Part shown: positions 29,361-43,454 of the stretch, piece after piece
Layout: each line of letters begins with the position of its first letter
Numbering within the stretch: position 1 is the first letter of the stretch
NCBI GenBank assembly: GCA_000320545.1
Contig: ADNK01002373.1
Coordinates: 2,690 to 66,689, forward strand
DNA from: Bigelowiella natans CCMP2755
Taxonomy: Eukaryota > Protista > Cercozoa
Reading direction: 5' to 3'
DNA length: 64,000 bases
The notes under the pieces: model-generated
Told to the model about the DNA's origin: nothing
What the model saw: only the letters and a program-made list of their open reading frames with translations
Databases searched by the model: none
Translations under genes and position numbers: made by a program

Positions 29361-31963
29361 ATGAGCAAAGACATCACAGAGAAGCGGAAGAAGCGTTCCC
29401 GTGAGGAGAGTGAAGAAGGGGGCGACAAAGATGTCGAGAACAAAAATAATGTGGACGATAGTGGTGACACTGACAAGCCCAGGGAGAAGAAACGGAAAAT
29501 GGATGAAAAGAACGACAAAGATGACGACACACAAAATGAGAAAGATGGTAAAGACAAGGAGGGAGGCAGAGATGATGATACCAAGGATGCGAATGATAAA
29601 GGCAAGAATAAAGATAAAGAATCCGTTGAAAACGAGGACACATACACAGACGCGTTCGGTAGGGCTGTACCTCGCGGTCGCGGGCGATATGAAAGGTATA
29701 ACACACCAACGACAAACCTAACCTACCCACCCACTCTCTCTTTCTCTCTTCTCTGGAAAATGATCATGCTACAGAACATACATACTACACCAGATCTCAA
29801 TCTAGTTTTTGTCCTCCTCCTCCTTTCCCCCTCTAGTTCTTCAGACAGCGACGACGATGATGCAGGGAGGGGCCGCGATTACAGGAGAGGGGGGCGGGGA
29901 AGGAGGCGCAGCCCGTCGGACGACAGACGAAGACGTAGCCGTAGTCGCACACCACCACCTAGAAGGGGGGGATCCTCATCCCCTCGTTCAGATAGTCGTA
30001 GCAGGAGTAGAAGCCGCCCCCGTGATAATAACAGAAGCAGCCGAAGATTCAGCACTTCACCACCTCGCCCTCGTCACCGAAGTCGCAGTCCGAGCCCCCC
30101 CCCGGTTAAGAGAAGACGCTATGACGGAGGGGGGAGCGGAGGAGGCGGGGGCTCTTCGAGAAGGCCGCTGCCACCACCCGTGAGAGGAAGAGGGGGAAGT
30201 TATGGGGGCGGTCGACTACCTACTTCCAGAAACAACAACGGCTCACTTGACACTACGTCCCCTGGAATGATGCGTAGCACCAGACGCATGGATCCTCAGG
30301 AGGGAGCAATGCTGTCTTACAAGGAGTTTCTTATCCAGGAAGAGGATGATGACCAGATCACACCCGAGATGGCAGTTAAGAAGTACAACGAGTATAAGGA
30401 AAACTACAAGAAGAAGTGGGAGCGCAGGTCCTGCTTAAAACACGATACGCACGACGCATATACACGCTCACATGCAACCATTGAATTATCTCTATGATAC
30501 AAGACAATTTGTAAACGCATCTTGTGTCTATATGCATGGATAAATTCATGAAGAATGGGGTTGTAAAGCACTTGCTGCTACTGCTGCTGCATTGATATAC
30601 TACTCCTCCTCCTCCTCCTCCTACTACTACTATCTTACAGATTTTTCAACGAGCACAGCTTGGACCCATGGTTCCAAGGCTTATACCTTCCTAGTCACTT
30701 AGCTCAAATATTACCCGAACGCGACGCTCGGGTAGAAAATAATATAGGAAATATAACGATGGAAAATGTTTCACATATATTGATGGGATTTGGATGAATA
30801 TTGTAATGATGATTAAGCAAAACAACCGTAAATGCATGAAGAATAAATGTTGTTGTACATCATCATAGATCAAAAAGTACTACGAAGAATTCATGGCAGC
30901 TTACAAGGAGAAAGGGGCGTTTCCTAATGCCGAGATAGATTTGGTTAAAGATGACGATGATGATGATGACGAGAATGGCGCTGATGGTGCTGCTGAAGGA
31001 GGACCAAAAAGTAAAAAAGACGAAGAGGGCAAAATCAATAGCAAAAACGAGAGCAAAAGCAGCAGTAGCAAGGCGAAATATTACCGTAATTGTGTGCTTG
31101 TGAAGTTCATTCCAACTGATACCACGAGGACTGCTCTGCTGGACGCGATAAAGGTAGCAAGTAACAATCATACCGATTACTAGTAAGTAAGTGAGTAGCA
31201 CCACTTAATGTTGTCGTCGTCATCGTCGTCGTCGTATTTTCTATATCTCTCTAATTCTTTCTGTAACAAGGAAAAGGACGGGTTGGAAGGCGATTTTATG
31301 TTCCGTCCAGACACAAGGAGTAGGGATCTGACAAGGTCGGCGTGGCTTCAGTTTTCAGATGAAGCAAAGTGCGAAAGTGTGGTCAAGCAGCATTCCACCA
31401 TCACCATCAACGACCGGAGACTATCACTTCTACCTGCGGAAAAGGCCAGGGACGCTATTGTTCCTAAGTTTACACTCGACGATGAAAGGGTGGCGGCAGA
31501 TCTGGACATGGCCACCAAGGTGAGTGTGTGTGTGTGTGTGAGTGTGTGCATGCGTGCGTGCGTGGTGTTCCTCCCTCCTTCCATCTCTATTAAGTACAGT
31601 ATGGGGATATACATTGCATCATAACACAGAAGAAAATATGTTAGCTGTGTTTAGATAGAGGAAGTTGAAGATGGCGGCGACGACGATGACGATGATGATG
31701 ATTATCATGACTTTTTGTATGTGAAATGTTGTAAAATGTAAAATTGTATGCACGAATGATTAACACCTAAATGATGGACAGTACTCAACACAGACATGCA
31801 TGTAAGAATAACTAATCTGTAGAGGTCCTCCACCCCCCTCTAACCCCTTCTTCTCTTCTTTTTCTTCTTCGTCCTTCAGCTGGCGAATAAGCTCGACGAA
31901 AGGCACGGCATCAAGAACGAGTTTCTATCGAGAATGGATGATGCTGTTTTCCGCGGCTTTTCG

Positions 31964-31999
<36 letters not shown>

Positions 32000-34288
32000 T
32001 TGCGGTTCCTTCGAATAAATCAATTTACAACAGTTATTCTTAGTGATTGATTCTTATCCGTCATGTGTGTTCCTCTGCCTTCTTGCCTTCTGTTTCTTGT
32101 TTTGCCTCTTCTCTCACCGCATCATCATCATCATGATCATCATCTGTGTTTTTTGCTCTCCTCCTTAGACACTAAAGAAGCTAAACATCGTGGTGGAGTA
32201 TCTTAGGCGTGTACATCTTCATTCGTACTATGTGCACCAGAGCTTCCAGACTTACGAGGAGCTTCTCTTCACCGTTGGAGAAGTAATAATGACAATAATA
32301 AGTAGTAGTAGAAGTAGCAGTAGCAGTAGTAGAATTAGTTGGAGGAGGAGGAGGAGGAGGAGGAGGGAGAGGAGAGGTAATAGCAGGAAAGGAGAGGAAG
32401 AGAGAGAGACCAATCGTTGGCCAACCACACAGTAACTAGAAGCTTGCAGCAGCAGCAGCAGCAGCAATTAGGGCTTGACCTTTACAGCACACCCCCCTCC
32501 TCTCATTTTTATTTATTTGTTTGTTTATCGATCGATTGGTCGATCATTGGCAGAAATTCACGCGGTCTGGAACTGAGAATGATGCAGAAAGCTGGTACGC
32601 AAAGCTGAGAGAAGAAACGCAACGATTGATTGACGGAGATGTGGCATCATACGCCGCTGCTGCTTGTGGTGGTACCGGAGACGATAATGAGGATGATAAA
32701 GCCTCATCGTCACCTGACTATGAGGCTCCTGTACAAGAGTTTTTGGAGGCAAAAACTATCAAATTGTCAGAACCTGGAAAATTTAGGTTGTAGTTCCCCC
32801 ATCCCTTCTACAGATCGTGAGATACAACACAACCAACAGCACATTGTAGCATTCACTCCAGTAAAGAGAAATAATAACCGCTGATTGTTTATTATTACAT
32901 ATCTTTCTCCACTGGCATCATCATCATCATTATTCCCATCTCTGATGATGTGAGTGTTCCTTTCGTCGCTTTGCTCACCGGCTGTTTTGCTATTCCTACT
33001 CTTCTTCTTCTTCTACTTCAAGATGTGCTCTATGCACCAAACTGTTCAAAGCTGACTATTTCGTCCACAAGCATCTTCGCAATAAGCATAAAGAAGAAGT
33101 GCTTAAGGTAGAATATTGTGATCAATTTAGACGACTTCGAGCATTGATGTGACACCCAACAAGCACAGCACTACTCGCTTATAGGAGAATGGAGAAACAG
33201 AAAGAAAGAGAGATAGAGAGGGAGAGGGGACAATCCATCAACTGATTAATTAGAAGGGCCAAAAGAAAATTGTTATTGATGATGATGATGATGATGATAA
33301 TGATGACATTTGGATAAATAGGCCAAAGTAAAGGCACAAGACGAGCAGTTCTTCGCTAACTATCAGTCAGATCCACACCGAATCGTGCACCTGCCTCCTC
33401 CCCCTTCCACAGGCCCGCGTAATAGTGGTAGTAGTAGTAGTAGACGAGGAGCAAGATCATACCGAGGAGAAAGCAGCTATAATCGTGGCCCTCCAATGTA
33501 ATAACAATCAGCTTGTAGCAGCACAAATACGTATTATTATTATTAGTAGTAGTAATAGTAGTAGTAGCAGTAGTAGTGGTGGTGGCAAAGAGTCCACCAT
33601 AGCGATTATCGGTATAGGCAATGATAATAATATCATGGTATCAATGATGATGATGAGGAGGAGGAGGAGGAGGAGGAGGAGGAGGAGCGGCAAATGAGTA
33701 CATCTGTTGTTGTTGCTGTTGTTGTTGCTTCTGCACGAGGCAACAATAGAACAGTCACCATCCTTATGATCGTGGTAGCGTGTATCATTCACCAATCTTC
33801 ATCATTATTATGATTTATTGATTGCGTGCAAACAACTCAGCAGGTCCTCATCACAACGGGGTAGAGACAGAAGAGAGTACGGGAAAAGCAGCAGTAATCA
33901 CTATCGAGGTGGTTATAGAGGAGAACATCATAGCAGCTCCACTAACAGAAGGTCGTCACCAGCACCATCATCTGATAGACGCTCTCCAAGGAGAGGAGAG
34001 AGGAATAAAACCTCTCCTAGAAGCAGGCACTATTCGCCAAATCGAAGGTCCTCACCACGTCGATATTCATCTCCTCGTCGTTATTCGCGCGGATCGCCAG
34101 GACGGACGCGTGACCGCTCGCCCCGCCGTTACTCTCGAGGAGGGGGAGACTATAGAGGGGGGGGGGACCGATCACCAAGTAGAAGAGATACAAGCGTCAT
34201 CGTGAATTACGAGGATATAGATGCTGTGCAGGAGGAGGAGCTGGTGGTGGACTATGAAGGCATGAACCTTGAGGACTTGGAAGACTAA
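29361..34288 (+). CDS. SRRT: ARS2/SERRATE RNA effector protein with RS-rich N- and C-termini
   Basis: MLSYKEFL...AVKKYNEYK...FFNEHSLDPWFQGLYLP, an RRM-like middle region, KLNIVVEYLRRVH, C2H2 finger KFRCALCTKLFKADYFVHKHLRNKH (~32778-33090), FFANYQSDPHR, and C-terminal VNYEDIDA. Confidence 0.93.
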
Positions 34289-34610
34289 ATACTTAAAAAG
34301 CATGCTAAGCACGCACTAATGAATAGATGTGGTAGTATGTAGACGTAAGCAGCAGTGAAATGTGTACAATTGTCATCACAGCATCATTGAAACGACAACC
34401 CGTAAATGTGCTCATTCGCATCCCAGACCCATTAATGGACGCAGCGGTGTACATGCACATTCATACTTGCGCACGACACTAAAAAGTGATACCTGGCTAT
34501 GGCATTTACTCATTTCATCGTCATATTCGCATGCTGCGCTAGCTAGCTATACTAGTATAGGTCGCATCGCATGCATTGGCAGATATCAATGAAAGCACAC
34601 ATGAACTGTG

Positions 34611-35168
34611 AGACGGATGTGATGAAGAATCAAATTTTTTCAATGGTCATCCTGATGTAGCTGTGCAATGCAGCGGCTACAGCGCTAATGTTGCATCTGT
34701 TGGTTTCTGCCACAATGTGTTTCATGCATTTGAAAGCGTCCTCATGCGACCGATGTTGCCGCGCACTGCGCGCAGCAGTTCTGGATTCAATTTCAGCCTT
34801 TGTCAACCGGTTCGTGTCGTCGTTGCGATTCATGATCGCGCGCATTTGATTGCGCAATCTGATTTGTTCTCGACCATGTGTTGGACATTGCAGGAGATGA
34901 TCCATGTCCTTCAGGATGCCACATGCATCGCACGTGGCATCTTCCTCTGTGCATTGTCCACGTGACAGCATGAATTTGCCAAGATTGCCGACACCACAGA
35001 TGGCGCGCATCCATGATGTAGCAACACTTGGAAGTTTCAGTTTGATGCCGGTGATCGAAGATGACGGGAGGAAACCAAGATTCTTGAGATGCACAGCGCG
35101 CAATGAATCATTGGACCATTCCTCTTCGAATTCGTTGAAAGCACAAGATTTCATCACCTTGTGATGTT
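34611..35168 (-). mobile_element. 5'-truncated non-LTR retrotransposon (LINE-like) 3' fragment with 18-bp target-site duplication
   Basis: ORF 34630-35157 contains CDACGILKDMDHLLQCP, the CCHC zinc knuckle typical of LINE ORF2 C-termini. It is flanked by direct repeats AAGCACACATGAACTGTG (34593-34610) and AAGTACACATGAACTGTG (35169-35186). Confidence 0.85.
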
Positions 35169-36127
35169 AAGTACACATGAACTGTGTCACACATGTTTCA
35201 AAGTGCACGTGTGCCAAAGACGGTGCGCGCGCGTATACGCGTCAGAACCCTCATTGAGGCTACATGTGCCCATTTTGCCGAATGACACACACAGTGCCGT
35301 CGTAGTGACGTACAGGCTCGATCAAGCTACGCTATCTAGACATATCGTATACGACGTGGACGGAGGCCAACACGTGTAGCATAGTAGCTAGGATGACAAG
35401 CTGGCGCAGTCTATGCTAGCGCAGCACGTAGCTAGGTAGCCATTATGGAGCTGCGCGCCGCCGATGCATGCCTGGTGTGCTATAGTGCACCTATCTAGCT
35501 ATACCTCATCACGTATCGCATGTGCGGCCATTCTATATCGATCTCTAGTACAACGATGATGATGTCATTTGAAATAATTAATAGGCATCAAACTTAATGC
35601 ATTCATTGCATTACTACCAATCTAGCAATACCATACATGCATGTGCAGAAAAACTTGGATGTTCGTGTTGGCATTCTCTACTACCTAGGCCCATAGAGCG
35701 TTCTAAACCTCTCGTAAACTGCTCACTACTTTTGTTGATGCGCACGAGTGAATGCCCAAAATTTAAAAGAAAAATCGTGCATGCTTAGAGGAGACTTGAT
35801 TGAAAATATGGACTCAACTAAACAAACGTCGTAGTGCATCGTGCTGCGTTATGCGAACAATCAAGGTCACAATAGGGGGGAGAGGGGGGACGAATGATGC
35901 TAGGACCGCTGCCAACTAATCCCATCCCACCGAAGAGAAAAATAATTACAATTGCCCCTCCCCTTCTATAAAACCAGAATTGTAGCACGTGCCTCTCTGC
36001 AAAGAGGGTGGCTGCAAAGACTGCTCCATCACTGCTACTGCTACTACTACTACAACTACTACTATAACGACTACAGCACCACATCTGCTTTATCATCAGA
36101 TTATCACCATCATCATCATCATCATCA

Positions 36128-37107
36128 TTATTCCGGCGGCCTGTGAACTGTAACAGGTCTAGAACAGTCGCTGAGGCTCCAGCCTTCGTCGCACTTACAC
36201 GTCCGAAATACGTAGTCGCACTCCCCGTGGCCTGAGCAGTCATTAGGACAGTATCCGAAACGACAACCACCTCCATTCGTGCCATACCTACAGCACAATG
36301 GATCATTATCATGGTAATCATTCAAGCGATGATGATGAAGATGAAGATGAGTATGGTGATGCTGATATGGAAGTAGCCCCTCCCACTAGCTAGCCCATAT
36401 ATGATGGTGATGCTGCCTCTCCTCCCGCTCTCCTTCTCCTCTTTAAGTTCTAACCAAGTAGCGTGATCACAAGAACAGTGCCCAGTCTCTACGTCGCATA
36501 TGCCAAAATCCGAGCAGTCATCCGTACACTTGGCGTACTGACAGAATTTTCCATGAAACCTGGGAGCAAGTTGATGTTTAAGAGAGTACATTTTAGAGAG
36601 AGAATGAGATAGGCAAAGGAGGACGTGTGGGGTGGTGGAGACGATTATTACTTTAGGAGCATCAATTCGGATCACGGCACACATATAGCGGAAACAAGCA
36701 ACAACAACAATTACTACTTCTACTACTACTCCTACTACTACTACTACTACAGCAACAAACTAGTGCTATCGTCGAGTACTACTGCTACTTCTACTACCCA
36801 CCCTTTATAACATTTGCACTCTCCGCTGGGATAGTCACAAATGCCACGACCATAGCAATCGTTGTCCAAATCAGGTCCACATAGAAGTTGCTCGCAATGT
36901 CGTCCGAGGAATCCCTTGTCACAAGTGCAGACACCTGTGTCAAAGTTGCATGCACCGCGTCCAGAGCACCGCTCTCCGGTGCCTTGGAAAGGTTTGCAAT
37001 CGATTTTGAGGCAATCATCTCCCATGTATACGTTGCCCTCTGCGTCCATTGGCTGAGGAGGAGAAAAAGTAAGTTGAGATGAAGTGGGGGGGAGGAGAGA
37101 GAGAGAG

Positions 37108-37148
<41 letters not shown>

Positions 37149-37676
37149 AGATAGGAGATAGGAGAGGAAGACGGGCAAAGTGTAACAATTTTGTTTCTAA
37201 CTCATCGTTCATTGCCAGCACCCATCAATCAACCAACTTATTATCATCATCGTCACTGTCATCACCACCACCACCATCACCATCATCATCACCATCATCG
37301 TCATGTAGAGGCATCATCATAAAATTATCTCTCTTAGTCAATGGATAGTTGTATTATTGATATTACGCAGGTGCATTTCCCAGTTTCCTTGTTGCATGAG
37401 CCGCCATGATGACAGACTGGGCACGCTATTTCAGCACATCCAGGTCCAGAGAAACCGTTATAGCACTGACAGTATCCTTCTGTGTGAATACAGTTTCCAT
37501 TGTTGTTACAGCTCCGCCCTCCAAAGCAGAGCATTTTGTATTCCACGTCCCTCGTAAGAGTAAAGGCGTCGAATGAAGGGAGTGGCTCCTCCACGGGTTG
37601 GGTGATGGGGTCCACCACCACAACAGGAACAGTTACCTATAGTTACACCCATGCAGCATTTGCCATGACGGCGATA

Positions 37677-37708
<32 letters not shown>

Positions 37709-37865
37709 CATTCTATCTACTCCGTGGTAGTACGTAAAACGGCATTACACTCCAAAGATGCATCATAATCCTCAGAAAATAATCCAGCAATAATAAAGTA
37801 ACAAGCGCAATGATACCACTAAAAACAATAATCGTATGTGCATATTGCTATCTCCGTCTAGAATA

Positions 37866-37899
<34 letters not shown>

Positions 37900-39395
37900 T
37901 GACCTCCTGTCTTATATCCGTATCCCACGTACAATCAACACACGCAATGATGGTAGGCGACACAGTCGTAGGCGATTGTGTAGGATTCCTGGTCGGAGCT
38001 TGGGTGGGAGAAACGGTTGGAGCTGCGGTTTTGTGTGTACGGTTATAGGATGCGACGCATTGCGAGCGCTTGGAGATCATCGCTTCATATGGTATTTCCT
38101 TTGCTTGGTACTTGATGTAAGGGCGCTCTTGTGAGGTTTGGTAGCTTCGATCCCTGCGAAAGGAAGGAAGAAGAAGAAATAGTGGATGGTGATGTAAGAA
38201 TCATAATCTTGAGGCAGTGTAGCCATCTATTGTTATTAAAAATATTCTCTTTGAGTAGTAGTACTACCAGCAGAGCTGTGCGTCCCATATGTTTCTTAGG
38301 ATAAATTGGAAGATACCCTCACTACCGAAGCCATTAGAGTATGGCTCCTTCCAGTCAAACATGTAGTGAGCATCACGGGAGGTTGCAATAGGGTTATCGT
38401 ACGACTTTCCCCACCCTGATTTTATAGTTTTTATTGCAGACCACGATTATTACATGAGTATGATGATGATAATGTCGTCGCAGCAGGAGAGAAATTCTTT
38501 GAATCATATTCATCATAATCTAGAATTCGGATCAGTAATCATCATGAAAGTTTACGCACGCTTCTTGTTCTTCTTCAAAACAACAACGACACTACTCCTA
38601 CTACTACAACTAGTAGTACGGCAACCTGTTGTGCTATTTCCAATAGTCAAGATTTCAAATCCCTGGTCCACAAAGCAGTTGACATACTCACTCATTATAC
38701 TCTTCTCCGTCTTATTAGGAGCATGCCGCATATATACGATCAGGAACTTATTTGCGCCTGGACGGGGAGACTATTGGATAGACCAAAACCAATGCATAAC
38801 ACCAGCAAAACTTAGAGTAGTGCAGGTATAATGGAAACAACACTGTTAGAATAGCAGCTGCCGTAATTAGTAAGTAGCAACAGCAGCAACGAGAACCACT
38901 TCAAGAAGAGCAGTACCATCGCGATCATTCCAGTGCCTCCATTATTCAAATTGTTGATGTTTTACTACTACCTGGGATAGTGAATCGTTGCGCACGTCGT
39001 ACTTCAACAACGCGTCACATGTAAGCTGTTTTATAGCAATAGAGCAGATGAGTATAAATGCAGTTTTGATATAACTATAATCACAGGTATACAACGAATG
39101 GCCCTTACGGATGCTGCTACGGTCATCAAGGCAAAACAACGTATCATGATTTGTGCCAACACTGTCTTTGTAGACGAAATACGAGTAGTTATTGACAGAT
39201 TAGGTCTCGTTCTATGTCAATACACAGACAACAAATAATACGTGCCTAGATGAATGTATGCTAGTGACGACGATGACTGTGTGTTGGAACAGCAACGTAC
39301 TCTGAGGGCATCGCCCACTTTCTCCCCCGAGGTTCCAGAATTGTATTCGATCTTTAAAGAAGGATGTAAACAGAAGGATGTAAACAGTGATATAT

Positions 39396-39440
<45 letters not shown>

Positions 39441-40133
39441 AAGCATCATCATCATCATCATCTTTTCTTCTTCTGTTTTCCACATAATCTTTGAGTAAGG
39501 AAGTCATTCTCTGATGAAATAAAAGAAGTGATGCGTATGTATAATAATGTCCTACCGCATGAGCAATGTCGGAGTATATAGCGCTGTAAGTGTTTCTGTT
39601 GAAATAGATATTATTAAAAATACATAGGGCAATTGCGAGAAAAGAGATACAGATCTAAAAGACAAATCGTTTTCTTCTTCTTCTTCTTCTTCTTCTCTCT
39701 CTCTCTCTCCATCCTCTTCCTCCCTCCTTCCCTCCGGCCATCTGAAGGGCCTATTATTACCTCCATTTAGGCTGTGCAGGGATAATAGCATTACTATATC
39801 CGGCAATTGCCATACGTGTCATCTGACAGAATATGAGTAGCATTGATAGTATAACAAAAAATGGCGATGTTAAGCACTGAAGGTCTACCCTTCCCAAAAC
39901 CACAAGTCCTCTACAACAGCAACAAGCAAGCAAGCAATTCGTAAGCGTATGACGACCTGGTCATTGTTGTAGAACATAAACTGCCGCACAAGCGTTCGCA
40001 GGTGGGTCTGTAGTTTATTCCAAGATGAATCGCTCATTGATGCACCGTCCTAACAATTATAACCAATCATAACAAAGTTAAGCTGTGAATGTTTATAAAA
40101 CACACACAGACACACACACACACACACACACAA

Positions 40134-40173
<40 letters not shown>

Positions 40174-40305
40174 CGTGTGTGTTGTAGGGGAGAGAGAGGA
40201 CTTGAGTGACATACTATGCCGCACGCAAGTACCGAAAAGTTGAAGAACGCGTCGTTGCCGTTAGGTGCGAGGATGATTATATCCGCCTTTCCGTAGTGCC
40301 ATATG

Positions 40306-40354
<49 letters not shown>

Positions 40355-40458
40355 GTAATGCCTCAGCATTCAAAAACAATGTTTCTGCAGTAGTAGAAAC
40401 CGAATCAATCCCCCGCCCAATTTTCACCCAAACACTTTCCTCTTCCTTCTAGGATAAG

Positions 40459-40505
<47 letters not shown>

Positions 40506-41022
40506 GTCAGGATAACAATACGGTGACATGAACATTACGGGTACATGGGTTTATATTGGTTAAGCACCTTCGCTGGTATTTGATCATCTGAAGGTGCGTT
40601 GTTTCCATCGTTCACCTCTGAGATGCCTGCAAATGGAGGATTGGGAGGAAACACACACAGAGAGAAATGATGATGACGAAAATAATCATTATGGTTTACA
40701 ATGAAAAAAATTAAAGTATCGGCTATTACCGTGTGATTAACAACATCAAAATGAGTCATATACATGATTTATGTGTTGACTACAGTGTGTGTGTGTATTG
40801 TATTTATGCGTTTAATTGTTGATTCGTCCTCGTAGCAGTAGATGCTCATGTTTTCTTTTTATTATCATTGTTGTTGGGGAGGAGGAGGAGGACCATGAGC
40901 GTCTGAATATGGCTGTGGACGCCCTTCCTGGGGAAATCCAGGAGTATTCACGAGCTGCGTAATGTTGGCATGGATGGCGGCCTAAAATAACAACAGGTAG
41001 GAGGACAACAGAGATCAGAATG

Positions 41023-41058
<36 letters not shown>

Positions 41059-43406
41059 GGAAGAAGGACAAATACTAAGTATGTAGTAGCATCATCTACC
41101 TGGGTTGCACAATGAACTCATGCTACATTCGTCATGTTAATCTATATTTCTTCTCAAGTATCCCGTTTTCGAATTTTCCCCCCCCCCCCCCCCCTCTCCC
41201 CCTTTCTCTTTAGCATTCTATCTAGTTATATTGAGTATGATCGTTTCAGATCTCACCTTGCAGATAGACGACCCAATATCATAGGTCCCTTCGATATTAT
41301 TAAAATCAAAATAATCAGAGGTGGTGGTGGTGTTGTCGGAAATGAGGTCAACGACAAAATGGAACAAGTATGTTAAAATATTGGAGAGTAAATGAATCAT
41401 CATCTGTATTGGCAATACTACTACTACTACTACTACTACCAACTGAGCACAAACAAACCTACTAGAAAGTGAGAGAGTGGCTACGATATAACAACATTAT
41501 ACTCGTTGTAGCAAATAGTCATTTGTATATCTTCGAATCCACCAATAACATAGTAGCATAAAATGAACAGCTGCAGGGAGTCAACACTGAGTAGTAAGTA
41601 ATAGTACCTCCTTGTCCAATGACTTTGCCAGGATATAGATGGCAGTTTGGAGGGCAAACAAACGTAGATTCGCCCCGGGATACACCGAGCGTGTAGCCCT
41701 ATTATTGAGTAATTCAGAGCACCGGAGAACAGATGTGTGTATCATCATAGATACCATTGCGTAAGAAACAAACAACACAAGAGGACATAGAGGAGTAGCG
41801 CTGCACAATGTTCCACTATTGCTACTACTATTAATAAAAATAATGATCAATAATGATGATGATCTTACCGTCGCTGCACAAGTGAGCTTGTCTAGGGAGC
41901 AAGGAAACTTACCCGTGTCGGTTTTGTGGGTACCGACCTGGTGTTATGTTGATAACAAGATAATAGACATTAATCACCATTTTAACACGAATGAATCATG
42001 GTATCTGGAAAGAATCATCAAATTCTTAATACTGTTCCTATTATTAACTCTCTTTCAATCCCCTCTCTATTAACTACCGTGAGCAGAAGAGCATCCACTG
42101 AGCTCGAGGGGGCAGGGTATACGCTCCATTCCGAAGCATTAGATTTGTGGCCTTTGAGCAGGACGTGCATATTTTCACAAACGTGAAACACAAAGAACGA
42201 GTGAGAAGTATAGCGAACAACGGGCAGTTGAGGTAGCTTCGATAGAACGAAGAAAGAGGAGAAGAAGAAGAAGAAGAAGAAGAAGAAGAAAGGAAGGGAG
42301 GAAAACCTCAACATAACCACATTACTATTCACAGCCCTAGACATGCAATCACCGTTAGCAGCAGAATCATACGAATATTAGTATCTTCGATCATCATTAT
42401 GTGTAGTAATAATGACTGCAGCAGAAAGGAAGGACCTCTCTCTTTCCAACGACCCATGTTACCCTCCATAACCCATGATTTACGTGCGAGCCACTTGTTT
42501 TTCTATAATAAGTATATGATGAGCAGCATAAGGAAGATGATGATTAATACTGAGCAAAGGCATTGATCGTATATGTGCCCTGAAAGAGGAGGAGCCGATT
42601 ATTACTTCTGAGCTTCCTCTATCAAACTCACATACATACCAACCTGCTACATCTACCACTACTACTACTACTACTACTAATACTAATACTACTACTACCG
42701 TAGCCAGTGGGTCGCCGTTGATGTTAAAGCCTGTTCCAGCTGTTTTCATCGCTGGCATCTATTGTGTATTGTGTGTTTGTGTGTGCGTGTGTGTGTGTGT
42801 GTGTGTGGAAAAGTATGTTTGGATAGATCGATCCATTAATCATTTGCGACTTGATGATACGTAGATTCTTGCATGCATCGCATGTGACATTACCAAATAA
42901 AATATATTAACACCAATAAAAATGTAAGATACAACGAATTTTATCGAAGAACCCACCTTTTCCTTCCCTATCGTGTCAATGATAATTCCTAAGATGAGAT
43001 TAATAATTAGATGCTGCTTTCTTAGGGTACATGCCTCACAGGAAACACTATAATTAGCATCCCCCTGCTGTTGATGTGATAATTGCTAGTCTTTCCCTTC
43101 GACTGTAGATAATATAACAAGAATTACCGTTGTGGAGTAGAGCTAAAGCATCGTTGCCGTTGAACCTGATATTATTGGTAGCAAGAATTCACCTATGCTA
43201 GCGATTACTATCTTCTAACATGCTCTGTCAATTCTCCATTATATGTCTGCGTATTGTGTGTGTAATAGCATATTCTCAACCAGCCGTAGTAGGTCCCTCC
43301 TTCCTTTTGATAGATCTGTCATAATTTTAAAACATAACAACACGATCACGGAGTGAATGGGGGGGGGGGCATTTCAGGTCAATTCTTCCCCCCCCCACCA
43401 CCTTCC

Positions 43407-43454
<48 letters not shown>

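Noticed and set aside
39358-39385. 14-bp tandem duplicate AGAAGGATGTAAAC
   Set aside because: Simple intronic slippage with no evident consequence.
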